63,548 bases of DNA, filler included, from Dicyema japonicum (GCA_011109175.1; 6 parts of 6 records of this genome joined end to end with filler, not necessarily neighbours in it), one strand, 5' to 3'; positions 35,941 to 50,780 are shown, numbered from the whole stretch's first letter. The notes: a model not told the origin generated them from the letters alone. Made by a program: numbers and translations.

Positions 35941-38900
35941 CTCCTCTTAGAAGTGGAGCCGTTGACTTGAAACCCATCCGTTTCCTCCTCACTGGGTTGT
36001 CTGGCACGTCATCGAACTGATTTGCTAATTCCATCAGGTTGTTGTAACCAAATCTTCCTTGATAGTACGCACTCCATATATATACTCCACCAACATTCTC
36101 TTAAATGTTTTCTTTAGGAAAACGGATTGAATGTATGTTCTAGTTGGTGCATCGCTAATGTTGTAATTAATCAATAATTTTTATTAAAAGACCCTTGACT
36201 TTGGTGAAGCTTTACCAGATGCTCTATATCTGGGATTCTTTTAGTAAGAGCAAATCTAATATCTACTCTTTTGAAAATACTCAAATTATTGTGCTTCTTC
36301 CCCATGGTTATAGTTACAATTGTTCTCCTGTTCAATACAATATTTATTGAAAAGACGATCGCATTGGCTATTTAGTTTATTTTAATAAATTATTAGTATT
36401 ACAAAAAAAAATTTTTTTGTCAATTTTTGATGATTTTAAAAGTAACAATTAACGACATATCGTCTCTTGGTAGAATTGTTACTGAATGGAATAGTTTTTA
36501 GTAATTCGGAAGATGAAGGTTATTTATACGAAAACCAGTATTGGCGACAATTTCTGCAAGACTATACGAATAAAAAATCCTGAATATTTTGCAGATATTT
36601 ATTAATGAAGTTATTTATTATTATTATTTTGTTTTAGGTTTTTAATTCAATATCATTTCTTAGTGATGGAAAAAACTAAATTTTGTAAAAAACACTTCTT
36701 GGATACTACAAAGGATCTACTTAACATTAAGCCACCTCTATACGCAATATATTCTACCGATAATCAACAACTGCTGTGCGGCATGAGGCAAATACCTGTC
36801 CTATACGAACCTAAATAAAAACAACTTCTTCCAAGAAACAGTCACGAGGGTTCTACAAAGGATCTACTCTTTGCCACTAATCCCAACTCCATTATAGAAA
36901 CTTGAAATCTTCAAAATTCCGAAAAATGTCTCATTCATACAGGAAGTGAGTCTGCTCCCGGGAGGAACACCGAGAAAGGATGAGACGGGAGCTTAAGGAG
37001 GCTGGGATCATCTGACGGCCACCCATTCCCTTTTATTTTGTAGGGTGATTTTCGTTTTAAATAAATAAATCCAAAGACCACGGTAAAATCAAACTAATTA
37101 TCACGTGTTCCCGATGCATTCCAACAGTGACTTCATCTTTCCCCGGTGTTCTTTCTTCGTGTCCCGCATGATCTTACAGAATGACTGAGTCCTTTTTGCA
37201 TTTTCTTGATCTTCCTCATATTTGTCCAAGATATGGACGGTCCAATGAGGCTCATGCAAATGAGAAACAAGGCTCGATATACTGTCCTACATGTTCGTGA
37301 GAACCAATCTTCCATATTCTTGATAAACTTTTTAGTACGTTTAGTTTATTTTGAATTTCACAAGAAAATTTTCTTCCTGCGGTGATAGACAATAACTCAT
37401 TAATGCATTTAACTTTTAAACAAAAATTGGTCTTTATTGCGATCTGGTTTTCAAATTTAAAAAAAATAAAAAATTATATTTTNGCGGTGATAGACAATAA
37501 CTCATTAATGCATTTAACTTTTAAACAAAAATTGGTCTTTATTGCGATCTGGTTTTCAAATTTAAAAAAAATAAAAAATTATATTTTTATGGAAAAACTA
37601 ATAATGGGAACCAGAATGTTTTCTGGGACTCATACACAAGCAGAAAATAAAAAAACGACAAGTCAATAACATTGTCGACGTCTCGGATTAATTAGCATAA
37701 CTGTTCTTCTTAAATTAAGTGTAACTTCTACTTAAGCCAAGGTTTAATAACGGAGACATTACATACACCTGTTAAAAATACCTTAGCATGTAGCTAATAC
37801 ATTAAACATGGATCGTTTAAATAAAATAATAGGATATCCAATTACAGTAGATGTCATTTTAATATACAATAGCATCCAAATAAACGCTCGAAACTATAAG
37901 CATGGGATGAAGGTATACGATGAAGAGTACGCCTCTGCTACCTCCCAACTTGTGGAACTGGCATGCTGTGAGGACAGCCCACTGGACTCTAATGGAGATA
38001 TTTTGACTGAATCTGATGTGGAGATGGGAACTAACAGGGAGTTTATGGCACACTCTTCTTTTAAGAGAAGAAGAGGGATTACCAACAAGGTGGATCAAAA
38101 TCCGCTTAATTAGTTAATTTACTTGTTATAAACAAATATAAAATTCATTTTTATAGTTTAAAATATACATAAAAACATTTTGGAAGAACACTATTTTGAA
38201 AATGTTTTTATTAGAGATGTAAGTAATAATTTGCGATAATTGACAGAGCCATTCCCGGTCTAGGGAATCTGATTTCTACAAGCACATGAAATCTGTGCCT
38301 GCTATTTGAGCGAATATCACTATCTTGAGAGATCTTTTTTGGTCTTCTCAGCCTTTTCCTGGCGTATAGCATATCTACCAAGCTTACGACGATGTTGGAA
38401 GGACGAAGGGAGTCAATTGTCGTGAGATCCTATACCAATTTTAACACTGCATCGGCACTTGTAAGTCTAGCAAATTTCCAATCCAAGTCTGATGGAGATA
38501 CCCGCTGAAAGTATATCCCAACATTTCCGACCGGGAGGAAATTGATGAAAGTGTCATTGACCAGGCGGCCGAGTCGGTGTTGGTTTGATTGATTTGATCG
38601 ATAAGAAACCTCTCATATATATGGAACTGTAAGGGTCCCTACTCAGGCAGCCTAACATAAAGATGCTCCATATTTCTATCTCTGATTTTATTGGGAGGTA
38701 ATTGATGAGCTTAAACATGATGAGACCAAGCGCGTAAGACGTCTCAATGGAGATCGGCTAGAAAACGAGTCGATCCAGAATTCTAAGGTATTTTTATTTT
38801 TTTAATCTAAAAATATTATTAATTGATTTTTATTTCTAAATATAAAATTATCACTAAAAATATAAAACGCAGGTTGAAAAATACTTCTTTAAATGAATAT

Positions 38901-39573
38901 TTCTCAAACAGTAACCATTTACTTACAAGCACTGCATCTCTATCGGTTTATCGTCTCAGTAATATCCTTCTGAATGTTCACTTACAGAATCCTTGTTACA
39001 ACTTTTACTTCCTTTTACTTCCTCTGACGTCTAATCGCCCCCACAAAGGGCCAAGATCCAACAATCACAACAATTATTCATCTGTAGTAGTGACGGACTG
39101 TATGTATAGAGAGCAGGGATGTAATCATTGCAGGCTAATGACCTGTGTTTAGGAATTCCTTGTGAACGAGGTCGGTAAGCAATACACAGAGTAATGCAGT
39201 GCCTTTAATGCTTCTGTTTAAGCATTTAGCGTTTGGGTGTCGTTGTGGTTTACTGAGTAGATTAACCTGTGTGGATGTCACTTAGCTGTATACCATAAAT
39301 TGTAGTTTGGGTACGAGATAGGATGGTACTAATGTTAAACGTTTTCTGAAATAGTTATAAAGCAAATAACGTGCGTGTAGCTACACACGTATATTAGCGT
39401 GCGTTTTGCATCCAAGCATATTTTCGTATAGCGTTTTTTGGGTAACGGGGCAAACTGACTGCTAGTGTTTAATAAATCGGTTATTAAAATTTTAACTTTG
39501 TTTGTGAATACATATTCGACGGTAATTATTTATTTTCTTTTAGTATGTCTCATTTAGATCAACAAACCAAATA

Positions 39574-41442
39574 CAGTAAACCCTCACTAATCCGAACTTT
39601 AATAATCCAAAAACTTCAATAATCCGAATTTTTTGATGAGTCAGAAAATTTTACCAAGACATATTCGACGGTAATTATTTATTTTCTTTTAGTATGTCTC
39701 ATTTAGATCAACAAACCAAATACAATAAACCCTCACTAATCCGAACTTTAATAATCCAAAAATTTCAATAATCCGAATTTTTTGATGAGGCAGAAAATTT
39801 TACAAAGTTTCCTTATAAATAGGCTTCAATAAACCGAAATTTCATAATCCGCAATCCTAAAGACATTCATTACAATTATCAAATTAATTTATTTTGTTTT
39901 TATTCTAAATGTAAATGAATTTAAAATCTCACAGTACCACATGGTTAGAGCTTAGTGGGGTAGCCGGGTGGCGTAATTATTCCTAATTCTTCGAGAAAAG
40001 AATTATCCAATATCTGTGAAATAAAAATTGAACTTTATTTGAGAATTTCGATACTCAAAAATTCGTAAAAACAGTGAAACACTAGAAAACTGTGAATTTG
40101 ATAATTCGCTTGTTGAATGGATTTCAAGGATGGATGCAATCAAACGTGTTATAACTGAAGATATTATTTCAAAAGCTAAGGTATTTGGTGAAAAGGTTGA
40201 ATCAATGATCTGGAATTTAGTAAAGGCTACACAGAGCCAAAGAAAGATTTAATCTTAAACTAAAAGTTCTTCACGGAGAAACCAAAAAGCTTAAAACAAG
40301 ATGAAATTAATTTGAATATGATGAGTTAAAAAAAGTTGATCATGATGTATTGCTAAACATGGATGAAATTGGAGTCTTTTCTTCAATCTTTCCCTTCTAT
40401 AACAATTTCATAGAAAAATAATAGGCATAAAGCAATCAAATATGAGAATCACTATAGCTACAGCAACTGGAACATTAAAAACTAAACCTTCTGTTATTTG
40501 GCAAGTCAGACCAAGATGTTTAAAAGATTTGACTTAGAAAATTATTTACTATGCAAATAAAAGGGTTTGCATGGCAAGAAAACTTTTTATTAAAAAAGAA
40601 ACGGTTATATAGCGGCTGCCCTGACTGCGTTGCTATTCCCTCTTAGAATGGAGAGCGAGATTCGCTCAAATAACCAGCAGCGCTCACAAGGGTCTCCTGT
40701 TCGTGTAGCGATCCGATTCCCTAGACGACTCAAGAATTCCAGCGTCGCAGGCGCAAAGGAACCATACGTCTCAACGGCGAGTGGAACAAACAAAAATCCT
40801 TGGGTAGGACCGCGTACTTTTCCCGTTTCATCTTCTTGTCCTTCTCAGCGGCAGAACAGGTTCCATTCTTTAATATGAATTAAAATATTAAGGAAAAAAG
40901 TTCTTTTTAACGACATTTTTTGAAATTTAAAATTTTACTCATTCCAAAAAACAAAACTACTCATCTTCAACCAATGAATTCAGGCATAATCAAGAACTTT
41001 AATCATTATTGTGAAAAATGCTTATTTTGGATATGGAAGTTCTTGATTTGAAAAAATAAATTTTGTGAATTTACGGAAGGCTCACGCATAAAGAAGTATC
41101 TCACGCTTAAAGAAAACACAATAAAAATTGTTTCAAAAGGATATGGGGAATTTAATGTCTTGATTAATTTGCTAATGAAGATATCATGTAAGATTTTGAA
41201 TGAGTTCAAAAAAGAACTGAAAGAACTTGCTAATGAAGATAAAATAATTCAAACAGAAATGCTCGAAGAGAACGAAATCATTTCTGTGAAGATTATTTTG
41301 TCGACGAGGAAATTATTGGTGCTGAAAATGGGGAGATTATTATTTGAAAAAATAAATATTAATTACAATGAAATTAGTATATTTCCTTCACAATCCGAAA
41401 GGCATCCAAATTTTTTTTGCTCGGATTAATGAGGGTTCACTG
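39574..41442 (+). mobile_element. Full-length decayed pogo/Tigger element containing a CRE insertion
   Basis: TA|CAGTAAACCCTCACTAATCCGA ... TCGGATTAATGAGGGTTCACTG|TA; LLNMDE.G.F and DDE remnants. Confidence 0.85.
40590..40860 (-). mobile_element. CRE-clade RLE 3' fragment
   Basis: FVPLAVETYG..WLFERISLSILRGNS. Confidence 0.85.
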
Positions 41443-41699
41443 TACTATTCTGTTTGAATAAGCTACTTAATTAAAATCATATTTGAAACTTGTGGCAGAT
41501 TCGATAATTTTCTTATGAAATTTCATATTTTTTGTCAATTTCGAAACATTTATAATTTGTGTTATTAATAACTCGAATCCTTTGTTTTAATACATTTTTT
41601 AAATTCTCTCACATTTTCATATTAAATTGTGGGAATCTCTCCCAGAGTAAATGATCCTCTTTCACCTTATCAGGTAGACACCCTGAGCCAGACGGATCG

Positions 41700-42410
41700 C
41701 ATGAGGAGATGGCAACTGAACGAAAAAGGATGAATAAACCTTCTATCAATTACCTATCGGGGGATTTGGTCACCAGCTTACTACAAAGTAGATTCGAACT
41801 CAAGAACACCATTACAGTTATAAAACACTAACCGCTCTTTAAATAACCTCAAATTAATCAATTAATCCTTAAATCTAGAGCAATGAGGTTCTTCGTTCGG
41901 AATGGTAAAAAAAATCAGAAAGACTCCGTATGCGGAATCAACATTGTGAGCTCTTTGAAGTATCTCGGAACAGCTTTTGAGAAATCTGGGAGCACGTTGT
42001 GCGATTTTAAACTCAAAAGAAAGAAAGCCCACCATGCGTTATTGTGTATGAGGAAATTGAGACTCGAAACAAATATGTTTTTATTTATTTTTTCACGTCA
42101 TTCCTTTATGGACTAAAAGGATGGTATTACACTGCACACAAAGAGCGTTTTATCTTGCTTCTTGAAAAATTGAGGAGTGCAGGGATCAAAATTGCCTTGT
42201 GAAAAAGACTCAGCGAGAAGCTAGATGAACATGAAAATTTGCTAGCAATGTCGATCAGAGATGCAGCAGAAAAAAGGTTGGAAAACTTCCTAAAAATAGA
42301 TGCCATCATTAACTTATATGTTGCAGCACAAAATGAACGATGAGGGGTCTGAGAGCGCAGAGAAGAGTCCAGGCGAATGCAGGACTTGCGGCATGAGGCC
42401 AACTAGCTTC
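41700..42410 (+). mobile_element. Decayed LINE RT C-terminal fragment
   Basis: VSSLKYLGTAF palm/thumb motif; stops and frameshifts. Confidence 0.55.
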
Positions 42411-42558
42411 CTTTTAAATATTTCTTGCTAATAAAAAGCTGTTAAAGAAAAAAAATTAAAAACAAAAATAATAAATTTTAATTTTAACACAACAAATAAG
42501 AAAATAAATGGGGAAAATAACATTTCAAGATTAAAGTTAATTAGAATACAAAAAAACT

Positions 42559-44908
42559 TTAAGTTTCTCGACGAACAGCACGTGGGACAAAGTCAATCAT
42601 AGTCTTCTGCCTCATGAAAGACTTTTTCCGATTTACCAGAGGAAAGTCTTCCTTTGAAGTTTTCGCTGGGGGATTTGAAAAAGCAGCGGTGAGAACACAT
42701 CCACCAGCATCCAAGCCGTCAAGGACAGTCAATGCCACTTGGCTCGCAGATTCGTCAACAAAGTCCACATAGGCGACCCGCTTAGACTTCCCACTTTTCC
42801 TCGTGACGAGTCTCACGTCCTTTACGCCAGTGATTCCGTTTCTTTTCAAGAACTCCCCCAAACCGACAGAATCCATTTCCTGTGGCAAATTGCGAACAAA
42901 CAACTTGGTCTTTTCCAAATCAGTGTTATATTGGAACCCCTGGGACCCATAACTCGACACAAACATCGGCCTTGTCTCTACAAGAGAACGATCAAGCTTA
43001 AGAGCTTGAGTAGCATCCTCCTCAGTCTCAAACTCCACGTAGGCAAAACCTCTATGCTTTCCACGACTGTCATCTCCGACTATCCTCACGTCCCTTACAG
43101 ATCCGACCTGATCAAATCTGTGTCTAATGTCCTCGGATTTTACGGAATACGACAGATTGGACACAAAAACTGTACATAGATTCCGTTCTTTCTCACTTCG
43201 AATTCTTTTCGCAGGAGATTCGATCCCCGACTCAATCCGCAGTCGTTTTTTGTTTGAATTTGTATTTTTTGAAAACTTTTCGGAAGAATTCGGCTTATTT
43301 GGATCATCCGTGACTTCCGTATCGTCGGTTTTACTGGAAGAAGTCACATTTTCACCAATGTCTACCTTTTCCGCCAAATTCCGCGTTTTATTGAAATTTT
43401 TGTCATTTTTAGCGGATTTCTTATAAGACTGAGCTTTTCCGGCAAAATTCTGGACATAGTTCCGATTTTTCTCTGTGATTATCCGCACAGCCATCCAATA
43501 CGAGTTGTGGTCTCCATGAATCCGCTCGAATCCAATATATAAGTCAGCAATCATCTGAGTGTGGTCCCTCACGCAGGCTACTGCCCTCTTTAATACTCTC
43601 CGTTGACTGGTAATATCACCGTAACAACTTTCAAGGGTGTAATAGTCGTTCCAATATCTGAACTTCTCCCGTAATTCCGTTGTAACGATCCATTCAAACA
43701 CATTTCTTGACTTTTCAAAGTCGGTTTTGGCAACAAACTTTCCATAAAACAGGAGAATCTCGCTCAGTGAAACTAAGTCGTCGGAGAAATCTCAAATAAA
43801 AGAAAAAATTACTCGTTTGGAAAAAATGGAGAGCGTAGTCACACATTTCGCAGACAGAGTCGTAATGCTCCGTAGAAAATCCATTTTCCACGTGTCGCAT
43901 CTTGTAGAACATTATTGCCGCTAAATACAGTCCCTTGTAGTCCTTAGTACTCGTGAATTTCACGGAAAAGGCTGCGTGGAAAACCTCTACAATAAAACTT
44001 TAGAATACCGGCAAAAATTGCAAGCAACCTTTCATCACACGTGTTTCTAGGCGAGTACCTTATGAGTTGGATTCTGTAAACCCAGAAAGAAGAGTTGTCC
44101 GGAAACAGAAAATTTGCCCTCTCCACCACGGAATTCACCGATTTCAGGTAAGTTTCTGTTGAATCGTAGCGACTTAACTGATACTGAGAAAGTTGAGATA
44201 CCAGAAGTTGAATGTACAAACTCCAGTGCGGCTCACTGTCAGGGAAGAGATCGAGAATCCTCTCCAAAATATTTTGTCTCCGTTTTGTGGCAGAAACGTG
44301 GGTATTCGCAGACAAATATTCGTCAAATAGAGACAAAGACGGTTCCTTCTAAAAATAAATAAAAAAAGACGTTCAAATTATCCTCAAACGGTTGAAAAAG
44401 TCGAATAAGTCGTCTCGACTCAGCCAATTTTGGGATTGAGGACCTCCCAGACCACTCACTGAACTCTTCCCAGACAGTCTCTAATTCCATGGTTGGAACA
44501 CCAATTTCCTTAACGTAAAGTTCTGATAATCTTTCTTCATCAGGGACCTCTTGTGACCGTTCGAATTGACGAGCTTTCTCCCAAAGACAATGGGAGAGAC
44601 CCACGTGGTTGCCACAGTATTTTAAGGCTTCGTCGATAACCTGGATGACTTCATCCACGTGGTTGCTTGTGACCATAACCAGGTCGACGTAAATGTTCCA
44701 AATGTTAAAGCCTAAATAAGAATATTGAAAACTGTTAAGACTTCGGGCAGCTCTGTCGAGAAGGGGGAAGAGGTATTCGATCTCGGGGGACTCCCTACTA
44801 AGTTCGTCGTCAATCCATTCGAGCCACAGTTCTAATATTTATTATGGGGTACCATTTGAAGGCGGAAAATTTTGGCTGAATTGTTCTCTGAGTCTTCGAC
44901 GGTCAAGG
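42559..44908 (-). CDS. SART3: SART3/Prp24 U4/U6 recycling factor (HAT repeats + two RRMs); 5' end lost at an N junction
   Basis: ELWLEWIDDE, HAT region, TVFVSNLSY..RGFAYVEF, EKTKLFVRNLP..KRVAYVDF..AFSNPP; introns 44832-44852 (21), 44712-44732 (21), 44349-44370 (22), 43987-44008 (22), ~43789-43810 (22). Confidence 0.93.
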
Positions 44909-45099
44909 NAGCCCTGAGATGCCATATGGGCAGAGGGTTCAATTAGACAAGGCGCTCTCGGAGTTGTTTCAGCAACCAGAATCGAACCTGCCTGAGGAGG
45001 CTGGCGAACAGGCAGGCGAGGAAGGTTGTTGATTAAATATATTAACTTTTTTATTGTTTGTTAAATAAAGTGGGGTGTTTTTTTTATAATTTTTGTTAT

Positions 45100-45600
45100 C
45101 AAAGTGTGTCTAATTGGCGAATATGAATAAAACAATCGGAACCATATACCACCAGACAATCGCGCCGGCTGTGAAATATGCCTCTACTGCGTAGAGATTC
45201 GCGCTATCAGTAGCCACTATTTAAAAACTAAACTTACTGCAAAGGAAAACATCACGTATGCTGGGACCACAATGCGAAACAGAAATACTTCCCCTGCTGA
45301 TGGATTTTACGACTCGTAAATATGGTTCAGGATTTCTAAGCATTTGCGAGGAAGATGGACATTCACTAAGCCTCTCACTGTTCCACGCAAAAGAAAATCG
45401 GTTGGCTAAGAAATTTCTTTTTCCAATCGGCTTCCTCTGCAAGGATCAAAGAAGGTATTTCCGTTCGACAGTGGGATCAATGGAGACGCACAGGCTTTGG
45501 ATGGCACATTTGGTTGCGGGAACTGGGATCATTTAATTAGTTGACTTTACTCTGTCTTTCTTTCTCGATGATCCCAAGGTTAATAAATAAATAATCAAAG
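45100..45600 (+). mobile_element. LINE 3' terminus
   Basis: 3' UTR/tail shared with 35865-35940. Confidence 0.45.
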
Positions 45601-46139
45601 TGCGTCAAATTAACATATAGTAAATCGACTGTAAGATAAAAATTGTAAGGAAAGCGAGATTCTTCTATTTTTAACCCAGTGATCTGGGGGGTTAAATCCT
45701 CTCAAAATTGCCATTTCTCAAATTTGCAACCTCGTATATTCGCAATCCAATGCTTAAAAGTGCATTTTCCATAACAAAATTTAACCCTGGGGTTAATAAA
45801 ATAATAAATGGATATTCTCACTGAGATTGTTAACTTTTTGTGATGCCAGATTCCACCGTTTTTGTGAAAAAGGTAGGAACTCGCCAAGTCTATCTTAGTC
45901 CACGCGAAGAAATGTTGGTCTGCCAGAAGTTTATTCCCAAATTGATTTTATGAGAGGAGGCTCTCCGGGCAAGGGTGGTTACAATAGAGAACCTAAGTGA
46001 CCTACTTATTGTGAGAATTTGAATCACAACCTGATTGGCCATACTTTCTATTTCTTTTTCGGTGATCCCAGTAGTTTCCGTTCCTTCGTTGGAAATAGTA
46101 TACAAACAATTTGTTCTACAGAGTATCGAATACAAGTGC

Positions 46140-46760
46140 AAGTACACAGATATATGCATATCAAAGGCATGGTAGAGAAAGATACTTTTTGATAACCTGG
46201 AAAGATGTGACGTTTTTATGGCCGTCTACAAAAGAGTATAGACAAGAACCATGAAAATATCGACTAATGTAATGGGCTTGGACTTGCTTTCACTCGAGAT
46301 TGTCTCCAGGGATACACCTCATTTTTACTTATGAATGAAACGTCCAAATATAAGAAATGGTTTTGCATCAGAAAAACTGATTTATCAACCAGAGATAACA
46401 GAGTTACTAAGAATATATTGAGACTGGGACCATACAAGCGACATTATTAACGATGCACCTGTGAAATATCTTGGTATAAGTAAGAATAATAGGATGTTAC
46501 TGAACCGTTTCACTCAGAGGTTCCAGAGTTACCGAGATATTTGAAAGAAATATATTGTCCACCCTCTGTAAGAGAGTATCTGAGTACTTCTGAGTACTTA
46601 TAGATGTTTTACTGAGGTCTCCGAGTCTTTGGAATCTTTCTGAATAAAGAAATTATCAGATTCCATTCAGGGGGAATCCAAATTGGTGATCTGAAATATT
46701 CACAGTTAGGCTTAGGAACTCAAGTAAAACTAATAATGTCCAAGCACACACCAGACTTAA
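46140..46760 (+). mobile_element. Highly decayed RT fragment
   Basis: APVKYLGI and a QGD/LSP-like remnant. Confidence 0.35.
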
Positions 46761-46816
46761 CTAGAAAGGGAACGTCAATATAAGTCTATAAGTCTGTTCA
46801 AGTTCTTTCCAAATTT

Positions 46817-47230
46817 CTACAGCATGACTAATAGTCGTAGAATCATTTTGAAACGATACCCAGGAAAAAGCATTTGGACGAATTTGACAAATTCCGGATG
46901 TTCTACAGCAGCAAAAGGAGTGTTACTGGAATATATGTATCTAGCGAGTTGCATATCAATCAAATTTTTCTTCGTCGTCGTAGTAACGAAATTGATTAAA
47001 GACTGGTCCCTCATCCTTGGAAGGAATTCGCTGATCAAATCACTTTCAGGTTTCGACGGATTTTCAGGGATATCAATATTAGTTCGACATAACAAATGAT
47101 GCTGCCTCATCCGAGATACAAGACCTTGTACCTCCTTCCTCAATTACGGCATCTGGCTCGACTCCCGGTCTTTCCAGGAATAATACGTTTATCGAAGTAA
47201 GCCCACAAGGCATCTGTTTTCTTCCAGACA
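46817..47230 (-). mobile_element. hAT transposase N-terminus (BED finger)
   Basis: ARCRN..KEVQGLVSRMRQHHLLC; SNTPFAAVEHPEF. Confidence 0.75.
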
Positions 47231-47319
47231 TTAAAAAAATTTAAATGATTAATATAAATCATTGATTTTTTTGTTGATTTTTTTTTAATTTAAGGAAAAA
47301 TTTATTCTTTTATTTAAAA

Positions 47320-47500
47320 CTGTCATCCAGCCAAAGTTGACCCCGCCGACATTATCGACGTTGCGTTGCCTTTCACAATTGCAACAGAGATCAACTGGAG
47401 TAGCCACCGGGTCTCACGTGCGTCGTGGCTTTTTAGTGTAGCTAAGCTTCCAAGTTTCTTTAGGAAGCGAAGCGATTTTCCACCTATTCCTCCAGTTGTC
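47320..47500 (-). mobile_element. CRE-clade 3' tip
   Basis: TTGGIG..WLLQLISVAIVKGNA. Confidence 0.75.
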
Positions 47501-47713
47501 ACGACCACTATCCACTATCGAATAAAATCAAATGATTTAAATCTAACAACCCTGAACAGAATTCTCTCAAGTGGTAATAAATAACCGTACACGAGTAAAT
47601 GTGATCAATTCTAGTCTAGATTTTAAAATTTATAGGATTGATGAGATGACTTCTCACTTAGTCTTGACAACCACGTACGAACAAAATTTAAAAATAATAT
47701 TCAAAATCAAAAA

Positions 47714-47785
47714 AGGCTCCAGTGAGGATCGAACCCATGACCTTCTGTTTACGAGACAGACGCTCTACCACTGAGCTATGAAGCC
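47714..47785 (-). tRNA. tRNA-Thr(CGT)
   Basis: GGCTTCATAGCTCAGTGGTAGAGCG TCTGT-CTCGTAA-ACAGA AGGTCATGGGTTCGATCCTCACTGGAGCC; full cloverleaf, followed by a T6 Pol III terminator. Confidence 0.96.
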
Positions 47786-47839
47786 ATCTATGCGCCTAAA
47801 GTCTCAAGAAAGTAATATATTTACTCTTATAAGCAACAA

Positions 47840-50780
47840 CATAGAATCATGTTAGTATAATTTCATTCGTGCCGCGTTTGTATGATCCCAATAGTAGTCT
47901 CTTCCACCCTTTCCTATTCGATGCTAGACTCGGCAAACTACTGAGGTCCTCACCATCCCGTATTTCTCTTCTTATTGGTCTCATATCTCCATTATGTACT
48001 TCGGAAGCGTTATTCGAGGACGACCTATGAACTTTTTCCCAGATGTTGCAATGAATTCCTCCATGANGTCTCTTCCACCCTTTCCTATTCGATGCTAGAC
48101 TCAGCAAACTAATGAGGTCTTCACCATCCCGTATTTCTCTTCTTATTGGTCTCATATTTTTATTATGTACTTCGGAAGCGTTATTCGAGGACGACCTATG
48201 AACTTTTTCCCAGATGTTGCAATGAAGTCCTCCATGATGTCTCTATTCTAAGAATTTGATCAAACAGATTCCACTGAATCTTCATGATCAGGGTTCTCAG
48301 GGGTCCAGATGAGCATTTTGCATAATGCTTCACTCCTTACAGGTATTGGCCAATTTAGTCCCAAGATTGACCAAACGGACGGTGTCGAAAGCTCTGATGA
48401 GATCAATTTTAATAATAGTCCTTAAACTTTGGAATCTTTGATGAATAGCACAATGCCACCTATGGTTGTTGATCTCCCAGTCTTGAACCCACTTTGACTT
48501 TGAGCCAAGTACTTGTCCACTGGTTATTGGATCCATTAAGTACTATCAGGGCAAGAATCTTTCGCATGTTATTTAGACGAGTAAGATTATTCCATAGGCT
48601 GGGGGTTAATGTTTGCATTTTCTATCTGTCCAATGCGTAAGACTGTTTACGTAAAAAAACTTGGCGACCTTTCCTGCCGATAAAGAGCCGGAGAGAGGGT
48701 GAGGCAAAAGGTGGTAAACGAACTTATCGCGAATGACTTGTATAACTGGAATCTGAGTGAATAACCTCACTAAACAACTCTGTTCTCGTGGAAGGGTTGG
48801 ACATATTTAGTTTGTGGGGCCATTTGTTTTGATGGTCTCTACCCTCCATCAACCTTACACTGACAGCTGCTCACCCACTATTGAGCTCAACGAGGTCCAC
48901 AACTAATAAAAGAAATACGTGACCCTTGGAGGACAATTTATCTTCATGTTCGTCATAGCCTCAAACCTTCTGACAGCTGAGAAGAGGGATGGCCGATTGA
49001 GCGGATCTCCACAAATCGTAATAAAAAAGTGTTGTCACGCATGAAAGCCAAAAGAGCAATAATAATAAAATAACTAATTCCTTGATCCCGACTCGTTCTA
49101 ACGGAACCTTCAACCAAGAACAGTGTTCCAGATGACTTTGATCGGGGAGCTGAGGTTGGTTCCAGAACTCGTCACCAAGGAACAAAATTGTCTCCTGGTG
49201 GAAAGAATAGTTGGATTTTTTTAAATGCCGGCCAGGCATTGGGCGTCTCCTGTGTAAGGTGGATCCAATGACGCCATCAGAGGGAAGAAATTTTTCAACC
49301 AATAGTCACATAGCACCACACGACTTTATCAATAAAAAACTTGTTGTATCAATATATTAATAAAAGAACAGGGTCACATCCATCACAAGGCGGTTAAGTT
49401 TTGTGGAGCCGTCATTATCTCTATCTTTAATCAATTGACTGTCTACATAATTGGCATCTACCATTGGAAATATGCATCCTCATCTGAGAAGAGTTGTCCA
49501 TCAACTCTTTTTCGCCACATAATAATCATCTTCCCTCTTACTTTCAATGAGAAATCCAACAATTACCGTCACTTCCTCCACAAGTTACCCCAACCCCACT
49601 AACATGCAGGAGGTCCGTACGCTTCCACAAGTCTCTTAGAATCATGTACATGAGCACACCAAAATAGTTAAATAACCCCCGCGGCAAATCCCCGTCACCT
49701 CCAGAGAATGTCAACTTTGGCGTGGTAGACGAACAGTGTACAAGTTCAGTACATCGAAAAAAATGACTTTCTGCAAATCATCCAATTTACATGTGGGTAG
49801 AGAGAAGTGTCTACTCGAAGACCAAGGTTTTCTCGAATGTCGAGTTCTTTTCGAAGTAATAAATTAAAAATAATATTATTGAAAATGAGAAGAGTTCTTT
49901 CCGAAGTAATCAATGAACCACTCAATNAAAAAATGACTTTCTGCAAATCATCCAATTTACACGTGGGTAGAGAGAAGTGTCTACTCGAAGACCAAGGTTT
50001 TCTCGAATATCGAGTTCTTTTCGAAGTAATAAATTAAAAATAATATTATTGAAAATGAGAAGAGTTCTTTCCGAAGTAATCAATGAACCATTCAATATGT
50101 TCCTCTTTTTCAGCCAAAGACAGATGAGGATTGTGGGAGAGGGCATTTGTTAATAGAGAAATGAAATTCTTAGTCTCTGTCTTTTCTACTCTGCCAGCAA
50201 ACCGTCTTCCAATGAAGATGTGATCTTTGAAATCACCGTCCTCTTCAACCATGTGCTCGTTGTCGATCGGAAACGGTCTCATCTTCCCCACGTGGATCAT
50301 ATCCATAATTTCATCCCAGTAATTGAAAAGACTTACCAGATGCGACTTATAGAGACTATTCTGATACAGTTTGTCCCAGTACTCCACAAGATGGTCGTTG
50401 TTCTCAAATTCTCCATCCTGGAATTTCGAAATGGCAGAAAGATTATAATTAGTAAACGAAGTGTCAGAGTTTTGATTAGACCCCTGAGACCACATATCAC
50501 CTTTATTAAATTTGGGGTTTCTTGAACGCTGAGACTGATCTTTGTACGACTTAGATTCAACTGTCGCTTTTGGATAAAAACAACCCCCTACCTGATCTGA
50601 AGTTTGATTTCTGATTATTTAGGGTAAATTTATTATTGGATATAATTTTTCTATGATGAGTTCCGAATTGACCAGATTTGGGATTATAACCTTCATTGAA
50701 CATTACCTTCCCGTCACCTTTTCCGGGTATTTTATTATTGGATATCCATCTTACATTTACAGATCTCCTCATTGACCCTA
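47840..50780 (-). mobile_element. Decayed LINE remnants (ORF1-like 50046-50772, APE-like ~49250-49750, RT ~48400, RTE-like 3' end ~47850-48250)
   Basis: MIICG.., KIDLIRAFDTV, LASNRKGWKRL; may be more than one element. Confidence 0.4.

Noticed and set aside
38987-39511. Possible solo LTR (TGTTACA...AATACA)
   Set aside because: No matching TSD, no second copy, no PBS or PPT seen.
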